From: the human T2T-CHM13v2.0 reference genome, Homo sapiens | NCBI RefSeq assembly: GCF_009914755.1 | Contig: NC_060926.1 | Length of the DNA: 64,000 bases | Strand: one strand, 5' to 3' | In this document: in pieces, positions 17,001-31,862 of the stretch | Layout: every line of letters starts with the position of its first letter | Position numbering within the stretch: the first letter of the stretch is position 1 | Notes under the pieces: generated by a model | What the model was told of the DNA's origin: nothing | Seen by the model: only the letters and a program-made list of their open reading frames with translations | Database searches by the model: none | Translations under genes and position numbers: made by a program

Positions 17001-17094
17001 TAAGAGTATTTATTAGAGAGTAGGGTCTGTGACCACCCCCCCAAAAAAAGAAAGAAAATCTTCTTACAGATTCCCTCTTCTCCGTTCATTTTTC

Positions 17095-18045
17095 TTTTAA
17101 TTTTATGGGTTAAACTTTAGAAAAGTGGCAACAAAAAAAGTATTACAAAGAATGCCCATACACTCTTTGCCTGGACTCACCTATTGTATTTGCTTTCTCT
17201 CTCTCTTTCTTCCTCAACCAATACATAATACGTTCCATACACTATGGCCCTTTAACTCTAAACAACGTATTAAGTATCTCCTAAGAATATGGGCATTCCT
17301 GCACATAAACACAATGCAGTTCTCAACTCCAGTAAATTTAACATAATTGTGATGCTTTATCTACCCTCCACGTTCTGATTTTATCAGTTGATTCGCTAAT
17401 TTTTACGGTATTTTTCACCGATAAATTACTGTATTTAGTTGTATGTCTAGCATATTTCCATAGGCTTTTTGTATCTTATGACATAGACATTTCTGAAGAA
17501 TACCAATTCTAAAAGTCAAGCATTTTATAAATGGTGTACTTCCTCTCACACCCCTTCTACCCCATCTCTCCCCACCTCCTCTAGATAACTAACATCATTG
17601 TTTTCTAGTTTGCACTTCTTGTGATCCTGTTGGTGACGATGAGAATATACAGCCATGTTTTCTTATTTTTCCTTTTCTCTTTTCGCAAGACAGCATGTAC
17701 ATATGCTGTTTTTCACATTGCCTTAAAAAAACTTTACAATGTCTTCCGGAATTCACTCCACATCAGTTCATAGAAATCTTCCTTGTTCTTTTTCACAGTT
17801 GCATAGTACTCCACCATGTGTATATAACACAGGTTATACCCTATGTCTCCATATGACTCTTTGGTATCTTTTATAAAGTCAAATAATACTTCAATAAATA
17901 ACAAAGTGCACGTGGTTGTTGGTATTATTTGAAATGTATATTTAGGCTAAGTGGGATTGTTGGAGTTAAGGCCAATGAATGTATATATTTGTTAAATATT
18001 GCCAAATTCTATATGGGCTGCACAATTTGGTATTTCTAACCGTAC
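17095..18045 (-). mobile_element. Ancient L1MC/L1ME fragments
   Basis: 'ctcctaagaatatgggcattcctgcacataa' and 'gttgcatagtactccaccatgtgtatata'. Confidence 0.55.
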
Positions 18046-18377
18046 TGGACTTTGAGCTGGAAAGATTTTACTGTGGTCCACAGTAACACGCAACATTAGC
18101 TGTTGCCTCTATGTCTGGTGTTTATTGCTACGGCAACTGTTCTTTCTGTCTCCTGTGTAGCCCCATCTTTTCCCTCAGCGATCAAACCTGCTAAAACTGC
18201 TCATTTTGAGGAAACTGGTGCTGGCTGCATTAAGAGTCTTCTTCACTGCCATTCTGCTTCTCATTGTGCAGTATAATTTCCTTTTTTGAGGACGTGGGGG
18301 TTCACTCTGCAGATAAACCTCCCTTTTAGGGTTGGGACCTAAAGGTGAAATCAGGAGATGAAACAGAGCTAAGAGCA

Positions 18378-18675
<298 letters not shown>

Positions 18676-20321
18676 AAACAGATATAAGAATTGAAGATGA
18701 ACACGGAGAATAAATGAAGAGAGAGAAATCAGAATGCATTGTCAGAAATGAGGTTTTGGAAGCAGATAATCTGTGATGGCTGGAGTGAGAGAATTCAGAT
18801 AGACAAGGAAGAATTGTGGGTCCGGAGAAACAGGGAGTGAGCACAAGAAGAACCTGGAAGGTGCCGTGATGGGTGGGAGGATGGCTCATGGGTAAATGAC
18901 CAGAAAGACATGTCAGTGACCAAGATGATCAAGCATCTTCTATGGGTCTGGTATTGGGGTTGGTGTTTCGAGTCTATTAGTCTTTTTGGTTCATCTATGT
19001 CTGAATTAGTTGGGGGCACTTCTAGCTGCTAACTAAGTTTTGGTGAACTTTAGAGTGAGTAGGAGATAGCTAATACAGACGGAGGAGTTGATTACTCTTT
19101 TTTAGACTTACATTCATTTTTCAGCTTAATTCAGCTCAATAAATAATCACTGAATGTTTATTGTGAATCAGGATTATACTGCGTGAAGTGACTTAAAGAT
19201 AGATCCTATCCAGCCTCTGCCTTCTAGGGTCTCATGTGGGTGAGAGGCAGTGCCAGCACAGTTACAGGCAGTGCCAGCACAGTGTGGTGGGTGTGAGACT
19301 GCAGTGGTATCAGGTGTCCTGGGAAACTTGAGGAGCCCCAAGATTTCCAGAGGAGGTGTTGCATGCCTCAGCTAAGTCTGGGTAAAGAATGAGAGAGAAC
19401 CCGAAAAAGGGCAGTGGGGTCTGAGGCAGAGAGAGCATCTTGTAATCTGCAAAGTTGGCCCAAGAGGATGAAACAACAAGTGTAAAGCTGCAGGCACTGG
19501 ATACTAAGCGGGGGAGAAGGGAGTACGGGGAGGTCTTTGGGAGCCCCTCCTCACTTTTTGTGCACAGGTGCACACAGTTCTTTTTGCCAGTTACTCATAT
19601 CTGTTCCTTGTTTCTAGTGTTAACAATCAAGAATAATAGTAACAACGATAACAACAATAATTAATTAGTCCTTTCTTGAGAAGGTAATTGGGCAAACGAG
19701 ACCTTGAAATTGTCGCTCCTGGGATAAGCCAGTGACTGCATGGTATCTGGCCAGGAAGTCCTGAGAGGGGGCAGCTTGATGTTCAGCTTAGCTGGAATTA
19801 TTGCAGTTACCATTCTCTTTCAGAAATTGTCTCATGGAGAATAGAGGGTCCAAACAAGTGCGTTCTCCATGGCAATGGTTTTGTGACATCTACAGTCAGT
19901 GGGACAGGATTTGTACTCTGCACTATTCCAGACGTATTAGAGTGATTGGGTGTGCTCAAAATATGTTAGCACGCCACAGAAAGTTTGCTAAAAGCTCATT
20001 TTCTAAGTGATTTGCTGACCAAGAGCTAAATTACTTAGTTTACATTCATTTTTATATTATTATTTAATATAGTTCTTAACAACCTTTAGGACAGAATTCA
20101 ATCCTTCCCACAGTGAGAGTACTCTTTCCAGGTCTAAAAGAAAATAAGAAGTGACTACCAACTGGTTGAAGCTATAGGATCTGAAATAGCAAACTGATTT
20201 TTATGTAGAGCACCAAACTTTGCTGTTTCCCCGTCAGAGATTCTGAGTTACTCATCAGCTGCCCCAATTTTCTTCTCAAATATAACATTTTCTTCTTACA
20301 TTAAAAAGATTTTTTTAAAAA

Positions 20322-20554
20322 TTTTATTATTATTGTACTTTAAGTTTTAGGGTACATGTGCACAATGTGCAGGTTTGTTACATATATATACATGTGCCAT
20401 GTTGGTGTGCTGCACCATTAACTCGTCATTTAGCATTAGGTATATCTCCTAATGCTATCCCTCCCCCCTCCCCCCACCCCACAACAGTCTCCGCTGTGTG
20501 ATGTTCCCCTTCCTGTGTCCATGTTTTCTCATTGTTCAATTCCCACCTACGAGT
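20322..20554 (-). mobile_element. Short L1PA (PA4/5-like) 3' end
   Basis: 'taagttttagggtacatgtgcacaatgtgcaggtttgttac...ttcaattcccacctacgagt'. Confidence 0.9.
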
Positions 20555-21299
20555 TTTAAATCCACTCCTTTCACATTGAGTTTCTTCTCTCCCTCCTTTC
20601 CTTCCCTCCCCCTTTTTCTTCTTCCTTTCCTTTATTTTCTGCAATATGTTTCTTTTTTATGATATGTAATTTTAAATCTTACTTGGCCATTGTTATATAA
20701 CTTGTCATTCTAGCGTGATGATGGATTAACCTGGTCTATTAACACTGTTAAAACTTGTGTGTCCCCTGGGATTCTTTTGTTATAATTGGTAGAGCCAGCT
20801 AGAATTTTCATCTCCTAGCAGAAGAGGGATTTTGTCTGCCTGGTTTGTTCTCTTAATTAGCAAAATTTACTGATGTAACATTTTAGAAACTACTGCTAAA
20901 CCATCTCTCTATTTGGTTATTGTATATGATCACTCTATCTTCTAATCATCGGAGCTCCATTCTGCCTTATTTTGTGTGAACAACCTTGCTAAGCAATCTC
21001 TGTGGCTCTTTTTCTGAGTTCCTACTTTTTCTGAAATTACTTGACATGCTTGAAGCTCCTTGGATTATCCCTTCTTGCTCACAGATGAAAACAAGTGTCA
21101 ATCTATAGATTAGAAACAACTATATACTGAACAAAGGAAATAAAATATTTACATAAATTAACACTCATGAAACTCAATTGCTAATGTATCCTGTTAGGTT
21201 AGGATAATTGTGTGTTACAGATAACTTTTCGTATGTTTCATATTTGTATTTCATGTTTGTAGGATTCACCTGAAACCTGGGGTTAGAGTGCATATAAGA

Positions 21300-23250
21300 A
21301 TTTGTTGATTTGTGTAAGTTGATGTGAACTATAGATGCCTTGTCAAATTCAATTAATTTTAATAATGGATGGAATGATTCTTCTATATTTTCTAGCTAGA
21401 TGATCATATTGAATACCAATAATGATAAGAATATCACTTCATTCCTTATTGTATTGGCCAAGATCTCAGTGCAATGTGGAATCATACAACAGATAGTGGT
21501 TGCTATAAATTTGACACCACTATGTTTATATTAAGGTCAGCTATAGGTTTTTGAGAGATAAATTTTTCAAGTTGAGGCAACTTTCATTTAAATCTAGATG
21601 GTTATCTTTTTATAAAACATGAGAATGAGGGTTAAATTTTATCAGATGTTTATAATCTATCGACATGATTTTTATTCCATATTTTTCTTCGATAAGTAAT
21701 TTTATGTAATTTTATGTGATACAGTGAATCACCCTGAGAAAGTTTTTTGATCTTGAAGTATGGTCATGTTTCTGACATAAATCCTGCCACGAGGTTGTTT
21801 TTTATAGTTGTTAGTATTTCTCTTTGTTTTCTTTTACTCTGTTGTTTTCAATTTCGCTAATAGTTTTCTGTTAGTCATTTGTTTTTTGTCCAGTTTAGTA
21901 TCATACTTATGTCTGATGGGTAAAAGAAGTTGGTTTTCCCACTTTTCCTATGCTCTGGAAGAAATCACAAAGTTGTTGTCTCTTTAAGGTTTGTTAGAAC
22001 TCCTCAGAAAAGTGATTTGCTCCTGTCTGTATCTTATAATTACAATTTTGGCAATTGGAATATTATGTTTTCTACTTTTTATTGAGTTGATTTTGACAGT
22101 TTAAATTTTCCTTAAATTTTGATTCCTTTTAGATTTTCAGAGATTGTTGAAAGGCTGCACATAATATTCTCTGTCACTTTAAAATTTTTCTTTTCATCTG
22201 TTTGTAAAAATTACTTCCTTATAGTGTCTATTCAAATGTTTAATTTCTGTGATTAGCCATCCCATTTTTAATCCATTTCAATAATTTTTCCAAATTATCT
22301 TTTGTTTTATTAATCAACTCATTTCATATTTTATTTTTCATCAATTTCTGCTTTAATCTATATTAAGCCTTTCCTCTTCTGTTTATTGAGCACATTTTTC
22401 TAGTTTTTAAAAAACTAGCTATTTATTTTTCATTTGTTTTCTAATAGAGGCCTCTTATATATTTCCTCTCATTACTACTTTGGTTAGAGCCCTCAGTTTA
22501 TATGTAAATTGTCAGTAATGTTTCCATCAAAATTATGCTTTTGATTTCCTCTTTAACCCTGTAATTAATTAAGAGCAAGTTTTCAACATCCAGGCATATG
22601 GATTTTCTTTACTGTAGCCTTTTGTTGCTACTTTCTACTTCGATTGCAGTAGTGCTCAGTGAATGTGACCTCTTTGATTTTTGCTTTTTGGAATTCGGTG
22701 AGATTTCATTTGTGGCCTAACATAATTTGTGTTGTCAATTTTCCACATATGTTTGAAGAGAAAGTGTTGTTCTGTTAGAGACAAATTTCTATATAGAGTT
22801 AGATACTAGATCAAGCTTTTAAATTTTATTATTCAAACATTATCTACTTTTTCTTTTTTTTTTACTAACTGATGTCTGAAAAAGGTGTGTTTAAATCTAC
22901 TTCCATGATTGTGGATGTCAATTTCTCCCATAGTTCCCCCAAATTTTGCTTCATATATTTCCACTCTATGTGGCCTGGTACATACATCAATGTTATGCAA
23001 TATTTTCATTGCAAGTTGGACTTTTAAAAAATCAAAATGAAATATCTTCCTTTTGTTTCTCCTGTTTTCCAAATTGAATTCTGTTAACATTTATTGTTAG
23101 TATTACAGCTCTACTTTCTTATTTATTTTATTAACATTTGCATTGTATGTATGTTTCTATAGTTGTTTCAGTTTTCTTTTGATGTTTTTATTACAGTTGT
23201 GTCTCATTTGAACAGTAAATAGACTGGATTTTGTTATTCAATCTGAGTTT
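21300..23250 (-). mobile_element. Degraded ancient L1M ORF2 body, probably resuming ~26050-26870
   Basis: Long T-rich antisense L1-like tract ('ttgtattggccaagatctcagtgcaatgtg', 'ttgtggcctaacata', 'tgattgtggatgtcaatttctcc'). Confidence 0.6.
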
Positions 23251-23940
23251 ATTTTGGAAAAAATTTATTTTTTTCTTCTGGTAAAATACATATAACAAAT
23301 TTGCCATTTAAACCATTTAAGTCAATTCCATGATATCAATTACATTTATAATGTGCAGCTATCACCACTATCTATTTGATCACTCTGAATAGAAACTGTA
23401 ACCATCAAGTAATAACTTCCTATTCTCCTCTCTCTGCAGCCCCTGGTAACCTCTAATCTACTTCTGCCTCTGTGAATTTCCAGCTATTTTCAATATTTAA
23501 TATAAGTGGGCTTATATTTGTCCTTTTGTGTCTGGCTCATTTCACTTAGCATAGTGTTTTTAAGGTTCATCCATGTTATAATATGTGTTCAGAGTTCACT
23601 CTTTTTTATGGTTGAGTAATAGTCCATTGTATGAATATACCACATTGTTTACTAATTCATCAGTCGGTAGATGTTTGGGTTATCTCTCACCCTTTGGCCC
23701 TTGTGAATAGTGCTGCAATGAATCTTGGCATGCAGGTATTCATTTGAATCCCTATTTTGAATTCTTTTGCAGTTTTCTTTTTAATTCTATCTAGGACTGG
23801 TGCTGGGTTATATGGTAATTCCACACTTAACTTTTTGAGGAACGGCAAAACCGTTTTCCACAGTGGCTACATAATTTTTACATTCCCACCAGCAATATAC
23901 AAGAGTCCTAATTTCTCCATGTCCTTGCCAACCCTTGTTA

Positions 23941-24284
23941 CAGTGGTTCCCCCTATCCACAGGGGGTACATTCCAAAACCCCCCATGGATGCCTGAAACT
24001 ATGGATAGTACTGAATTGTATATGTACTGCTTTTTTACTATAAATACAAACCTATGATAAAGGTTAATTTATAAATGAGGAGCAGTCATAGATTAACAAC
24101 AATAACTAATAACAAAATAAAACAATTATAACAATATACTCAAATAGAAGTTGAGTGAAAGTGGTCTTTTTCTTTCTCAAAATATCGAATTGTACTGGAT
24201 TCACCTATTTTCAGACCATGGTTGAGCATAAGTAACACTATGAACATTGTGGAAAGTGAAACTGGGGATAAAGAGGGACTGCTG
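23941..24284 (-). mobile_element. TcMar-Tigger MITE, MER44A-like
   Basis: TIRs 'cagtggttccccctatcc' / 'ggataaagagggactgctg', flanked by TA duplication; 344 bp. Confidence 0.85.
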
Positions 24285-24483
24285 TATTTTTTGTATTTTT
24301 GTTTTTGTTTGGTTTTTAAATATAGCCACTCTAGCAGGTATGAAGTGGTATCTCATTGTGGTTTTGATTTGCATTTACCTAATGATGTGTGATATTGAGC
24401 ATCTTTTATGTGCTTATTGGCCATTTATATATCTTTGGAGAAATGTCTATTCAGGTTTTTTGCCCATTTTTAAATTGGGTTGT

Positions 24484-25419
24484 AAGCCAGGCATGGAGAC
24501 AAATATCACATGTTCTCACTCATATGTGGGAGCTAGAAAAGTGGATCTCATGAAGGTAGAGGGTAGAATGGTGGTTACCAGAGGCTGGGAAGGGAAGCAG
24601 GAGAGGCGATGAGGAGAACTTGGCTAAGGCAGGGGTACCTAACCCCCGGGCCACAGACTAGTACCGATCAGTGGCCTGTTAGTAGCTAGGCCTCACAGCA
24701 AAATATGAGTGGTGGGCAAGCAAGGGAAGAGTCATCTGCATTTACAGGCGCTCCCCATCACTCACATTACTGCCTGAGCTCCAGATCATCAGCAGCATTA
24801 GATTCTCATAGAAGCACAATCCTTATTGTGAACTGCGCATGAAAGGGATCTAGATTGCATGCTCCTTATAAGCATCTAATGCCTAACGATCTGTCATTGT
24901 CTCCCATCACCCCCAGATGGGACCGTCTAGTTGAAGGAAAACAAGCTCAGAGCTCCCACTGATTCTATATTATGGTGAGTTGTATAATTATTTCATTATA
25001 TGTTACAGTGTAATAACAATAGAAATAAAGTGCACAATAAATGTAATGCACTTGAATCATCTTGAAACCATTCCGCCCACCCCCGGTTCCGTGGAAAAAT
25101 TGTCTTCCATGAGACCAGCCCCTGGTGCCAAAAAGGTTGGGAACTACTGGGTTAAGGGGTACAAAAATACATTTAGCTAGAAGGGATTCATTCCTGTATT
25201 CGATAGTACAGTAGGGAAATTATAATTAACAATGATTTATTACATATTTCAAAATAGAAGAGATTTGTGATGTTCTCCACGCAAAGAAAAAATAAATGTT
25301 TGAGATGATAAATATACTGGTTATTCTGGTTTGATAATTACGTATTATATACATCTGTCAAAATATCACATATACTCCCAAAATATGTACAACTGTATCA
25401 GTAAAAAATTTTAAAAATC
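24484..25419 (+). mobile_element. L1MA-type 3' end inserted into L1MB
   Basis: 'caaatatcacatgttctcactcatatgtgggagcta'; TSD aaattgggttgt at 24472-24483 and 25420-25431. Confidence 0.85.
24630..25149 (+). mobile_element. hAT-Charlie MER1A-like
   Basis: Termini 'caggggtacctaacccc' / 'aaggttgggaactactg'; 8-bp TSD ggctaagg / ggttaagg. Confidence 0.88.
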
Positions 25420-26894
25420 AAATTGGGTTGTTTGTCTTTTTCTTGTTGAGTTGTAGTTCTTTATATATTATGCATGTTAAACCTTTGTCAGATACATAAT
25501 TGTAAATATCTTCTTCCATTCTGTAGATTTCTTTTACTTTCTTGATATTTTCCATTGATGCACAAATGTTTTTAATTTTTGATGAAGTCCAATTTAATCT
25601 AGTTATCTTTTTGTTGTTTATACTTTTGGTGTCATATCTTTTCAATTTTCGTTTATGGTGATTTAAAATATATTGGTACAAATGTTATCTTTTTATTTAG
25701 AAGTTTCTATTCAATACATTTTATTTCTTTTCTTGACTTTTGTAGAATTACTTCTTAGATATGACACCAAAACCAATAGAACAGAATTTAGAGTCCAGAA
25801 ATAAACCCATATTCCTACAGTCAAATGATTTCTGACTAGTGTGCAAAGTCCATGGAATGGAGAAAGGATTATCAGACAACTGGATTACAACATGCAAAAG
25901 AATAAAATTGGGTGCTTCTTAAATTGGACGCTTGCATCACACCATAAATAAAAATTAACTCAAAAATGGATAAGCAACCTAAATATAAGAACTAAAACCA
26001 TAAGACTCTGAGAAGCAAACGTAAGGTCAATCTTCTTGAGAAACAGATCTGAAAACAGATTTGAAAGGGTATCTGTTCTTTCAGTGATTTCTCTTAAATT
26101 AAGGGATATGTGAAGTATTTATACATATATTTATTTTAAATTAATCTCTTGCCTTAATAAGAAGCTATATGCTTGCACAGAATAAGCAAGAAACATACTT
26201 TGTTTTATTTCTTTTTTCCCTCCACCTAGCTGCCTTTCTTGGTATAATGTAGGATTTTACTTATATTGTTTTTATTTTTGTTCCTTCTTAGACTTTGTGA
26301 TAAGTTTTAATGCTTAGTTTTTCTAGTAATCAGTTTCACATCCATTCACTCTTGAATGCACTTTGTTTTTGTTTTGTCAGAGTGTATCCTTTGATAGCTC
26401 TTCTAGGATAATCTGTGAAAAGTGAACTTATTGTCTTCCTTAATTCTAAATATGTTTTATTTTCCCCTCACTCTTGAATATTGGATGGCTTTAATTAAAA
26501 ATTCTTGATAAAAATGTTTTCCTCAGATCCTTGAAGAAAGTATTTTATTGTCTTTCTGTATTTAATGCTGTCAATAGGTAGTCATATCAATTTAGTTATC
26601 TTTCCTTTGTAAGTACTCTTTCATCTCTCTAGAAGTTTTTGAGTGTTCTCCTTTTCTTTGGAGTTCATCATGATGTATTTGTATGGGTCTTCATTTGGCA
26701 TCATTTGGGCCCCCATGAAACAAGTTTCATGTCTTGTTTAAATTCTAAGAAGTTTCTCCTATTATTGGTTTGTGTGTATTTTTCCCTTTTATTTTCTGCT
26801 TTGGGAGCTATTACTAAAGAGTCATTAGAATATGTGTATCTCACCTTTCTCTCTCTTTCTCTCCCTCTTCTCCCTGCCTCTCTCTTAACTTTCT

Positions 26895-27187
<293 letters not shown>

Positions 27188-27269
27188 CCTCTCTCTTAAC
27201 TTTCTGCTTTATCTTGTTGTGGTGTTCTTCTTGAAGGTCATATCAAACTTCCATTTCATTTTTTACTAC

Positions 27270-28220
27270 TTTAAAAAAAATATTTATTGTGAAGCTTTCT
27301 CAACATATTAAAGGATATACTGAATAATAAAATAAATATTTATAAACATAAAATTTGGCTTAAGGAATACAATAGTGCCAAAATATTTGAAGTCTTTGGC
27401 ATTCTCTTCCGCAATCAGCACACCCTTCTCTCTATCCAGAGGGAATCATAATTTTGCTTTCCTGGGGGAATTTTGCATAATTTTACATAATTTTGGGAAG
27501 TTTATCATTCCCATGAATGTCTTTATATTTACTACACGTATGGCATCGTTTCCCATTTCTAAACATTATATAAACAGATTCTAATGTATACATCCTTTGC
27601 AACTTTGCTTTTATAAAAAAGTCAGCTTTATGTTTATGATATTCATCCATGTTTACAGATTATACCTCTCATTCAATTCAGTCCTTCAAGCTGTTGTTTT
27701 GTATAAAAATGGCTGAACAGACCTCAGTTTATTTATCCATTTTCCTCTTGGTATGCATCTGGTCTGTTTCCAGACACTTGTAATTAGAAGCAGCCTTGCT
27801 GTGAACATCCTTGTCCATGGCTTTCTCATTGAATTATAGATTGCCTTACACATCTTAAAAACAAATACTTTGGGGGGTTATATGCATTCCCAATATTGTC
27901 TTCCCATTTTCTTATAATTTTTTCACACTTCTCAAATGGTTTCTTTTGATAGAGAGACGTTTTAAGATTTGTATGTGGTTGACTATATTAATTGCTTTCT
28001 TTAAGTTTGCCCTTGTCATGTTTTACTAAGAAATTATTTCCTTGTGGTTTCTTGTGAGGTCATAAAATACTTCTCACTGTTTTCTACCAAGTGTTTTCAA
28101 ATTTTGATTTTTTTAAGTCTTTGATCTGTCTGTGATAGATTATTGCTTATAGACTAGTTAAGGGCTCCAATTTTATTTTCATTTCCATAAGGATAATCAA
28201 ATATCCCACAATATTTGAAG
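27270..28220 (-). mobile_element. Ancient L1ME fragment
   Basis: 'tatgtttatgatattcatccatgt' and 'ttgctgtgaacatccttgtcc'. Confidence 0.55.
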
Positions 28221-28416
28221 CATTATGTAAATATGAACAAGGCAAGAAGATAAATGTCTAGAGGGGCCTACCATTTGCATTCTGACCAGGAGTGATTTAG
28301 ACTCGACTGGCTTCTACAATTTGGGAACATCAGGCCTCTTAGAATTTAACTCCTTGTGGAGATGGAAGACCTGAGTTAGTGAGGGGTGTGAGATGCTTCT
28401 ATAGTCTTGGCTCAGG

Positions 28417-28625
28417 ATGTGGGTGGCGAGGGATAAAAGACCACACATTGGGTACAGTGTACACTGCTTGGGTGATGGGTGCACCAAAATCTCAGAAATA
28501 AAGAACTTATTCATGTAACCAAACACCACCTGTTCCCCAAGAACCTATTGAAATGAAAAAGTAAATAGAAAAATAAAAACAAATATAAAAATCAAATCCA
28601 CCCTTTCAAGAAAAAAAAAAAAGAA
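28417..28625 (+). mobile_element. L1PB-type 3' end
   Basis: 'gagggataaaagaccacacattgggtacagtgtacactgcttgggtgatgggtgcaccaaaatctcagaa' followed by an A-rich tail. Confidence 0.85.
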
Positions 28626-29726
28626 TGTTTGTTAAGGAAAAAAATAAAAATAACGTGATGGCTAGAAGAAGGCCTCCAGCCCAGGGTGTCATTGCTGGGC
28701 AGCAGAACAGAGCATCAGTCTCTTACACAAATGTGCCAGAGGACCCTGGGCAGTGAAGTTTTTTGGCAATTTGTCATTTGAAGAATTTTCTTCATTTGAC
28801 TCAGTAAACTGTACCTAGAATCTGCCTATTTATTTTTATTATTTAAATTATAGCCATTAGCTTGATATTGTCCAGGCTTTTTAGCTTGTGTGGTGTTATT
28901 TGAATGCCGTGTGCTTGCTGCTTTGTAACAGCTCTCTGATTGAGAGTAGAAGCAGCCCATCTCTCAGAGCCCAGAAAAGAAAGATAAAGGTATCATTTGT
29001 TGTCATCAAAATTGATTATCTCAGGCTTAGGAGGGGAGGCAGTGGCTGGGTTAAGCCCATGGAGCTGGAGCGTAGATTAATTTCTTTTTGTCTGCCTTAT
29101 CAGCTGGAGGCTAAGAAGTTATTATGGGTAAAAAATGACTTTTATCTGTGATCTTAGATAGACAAATGAAGGGATTTTGTCAAAAAGAAAAGAAAACTCG
29201 TATAATTGATGTGTCAGTCTCTTATCACTCAGAACCTTTAAAAATAATAACTTATTAATTAACTTTGGAACTAGTAAGTAAAGGAATCCTCCATGGTCAT
29301 TAATCAAAAATTCTCCTTAAAATACATACAATTTATGTCATGGTTCCATGACTTTTCTCCAGCGATCTTCTGGAGACGCAGCGATCCACCTGGCAATGCA
29401 TCTACCTTCCTTTGGCAAATAAGCTCATCTTCACCCCTCAAAACCAGCTGAGGTGGCAACTGTTCCAAGAGCTGCATTCTGTGCAAAGCGTGCCTCTCAG
29501 CCAGCGCCTCCACTACAGTGCTAGGCTTGTTGCGGTAGAGTGATCTCTTCCTGAGCCTTACTTTCTAGGGGACTGTGTGATCCTGGAGGGCTTGAATGGG
29601 TCCTCTTCATCTATGTGTCCTCTCTTCCTTGTTCTTTGTGCACAAACACCGCACACACACGCAATCTCTATTTCCCTCTCTCTACATATGCACATATCTA
29701 CCAAATTGAGTTTAAATGAAAGGCAT

Positions 29727-30028
<302 letters not shown>

Positions 30029-30459
30029 TAATTGAAAGTATTATTAACTAATAATCCAAGAAGCCAAAATATCGGAAAGCCTCTAAACTTTGGAGTCAGA
30101 GACAACTGATTTCAAATCCCACCTTGGCTACTTATTGCCTAGATGACTTTGAAAACGTTAATATATGAGTCTTAGTTTGCTGTTTGATTAAATGAGAGTC
30201 ATAACTAGTGTCATGCTGGGATTAGACAAAAGAGCATCGTTCATTTTGAATGTCACACAATAGGACCTAGATGTAGGTCTGCTGTCTTTCTCTTTTTTCA
30301 AAAAAAGTATTTTAAGTTATTTTTATTTTAATAAAATAAAATAACTGACAGAACCTTGTATAAACAAATGATCAGAATACATGGGATCCTTACTCCTTGG
30401 TTATCTGCTATTTTCCTGTGTAAGAAAGAGTGAGCTGATGAAGACTTGGCATCAGACTC

Positions 30460-30590
30460 CAGGGACCAGAACACCAGAGCCACTTGGGAGCTTATCAGAA
30501 ATGCAGGAACTCAAACATCTTGAATCAGAAATGTGCATTTTAGGAAGATCCCCAGAAGATTCAACTGCCCATTCAAGTTTGAGAGGAGCT
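30460..30590. mobile_element. hAT MER5A-like fragment
   Basis: 'cttgggagcttatcagaaatgcag...tgaatcagaaatgtgcattttaggaagatcccag...tcaagtttgaga'. Confidence 0.65.
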
Positions 30591-31862
30591 GAGCCTGAAA
30601 CAGGCTACAGCCCAGATTTGAATAATTCTGGGAAGTTCATTCTCGCTCCTGTGGTAATGAAAGAGAACTTATGGCCAAATTTGGACTTACTGAATAAAAC
30701 TACCCTGTGACGAAACGAGGAATGGGCTTTCACAGAAATAATTCATTCTGCCTCCTTGTTGCATCTTATTTCAAAGCTGTGCCATCCTAGAGGGGCTGGG
30801 GCCTTTGTGCCAGCTACTGCCCCCAGAGAAACGAGCCAGAACACCCAGCCTGATGGGAAAACAGGGGTCTCACTTAATTTCCCTGTCCCTGGCTCTTTCT
30901 TGTGCCCATGTCAGCAGAATGTAAAGGCTTGTATCTCCCCAGGGATTCAGGGGGCTGAAACAATAGTTTTCTTTCATCTTTTGATGTTTTATTAAAAAAA
31001 AAACTACCCACCAAAAGCAAGGCTTTAATACAATATATATTGATTTAAAGTGTTTCATGTCTTATAGAAACATATTATTACCTTTTGAAGGGACAACCTT
31101 TGCTGACATTTTGAGTCAAGGATATTGGCCTCATGGACCATCTCGTTTTTTTTTTTTTTGTTAAAGTATCTGTGCATTTATTTGAGATTTGAAGGGGTCC
31201 TCATATCAATTTGGTGTCTATGCTCGGCAAATAATCATTCATGACCAACTCCAGAGTTTCCTCAGCGGCAGATGAATGTAGACTTGCAGAGTCATCTTGG
31301 TGGGGGCTTTCTGTCCCATCTTGTATGATAACTGAATAAATCCCATTTGTGAGAGTTGGATGGCTGCTTAGGAAGCACTTTTCAACAGAAAAAAAAATGG
31401 CTTTTCTATTTTCCAACTTATCTTTTATGTGTTGGTTTAGCAAACATTTCCAACACACCTACAATACAACATGTTCTTGGAGTAAAAAGATGAGGGAGAG
31501 AGAGAGAGAGTTTCTGCCTTCAAAAAGCCAAGAATTTAGTAGGCAGACAAGCAGTGTTCAATGAACTTCAAATAAAATATGACACAATTGATTAAATCTA
31601 AATGCAATGAATGTGACCAAGGTACAGACAGAGTGCAGTCTTTGGCATAGAGAGAACAAAGGAGAATGTCTGAGTGAGGATGTGGACTCACACAGCAGGT
31701 AACTAAGCTTTCGCTGTGTATTATTGAGAAGAGACTCCATTTGGGCTAGGGTGGGCAAAAGGACCTTCCACTGGAAGGAAGAGCACCAGCACAGGCCCAG
31801 AGATATGAAGGAGTATTGCCTATTTAGGAAACTGAAAGTATCTTAGCATGTGTATGGCGTAT

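Larger units (their letters stand above)
23260..26040 (-). mobile_element. L1MB-type element hosting MER44A and L1MA/MER1, with a + strand inverted piece at ~25751-26040
   Basis: Antisense 3' UTR/ORF2 at 23260-25640 (ORF 25418..25681 is an L1 ORF2 remnant); sense L1 ORF2 text at 25775-26040. Confidence 0.75.
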
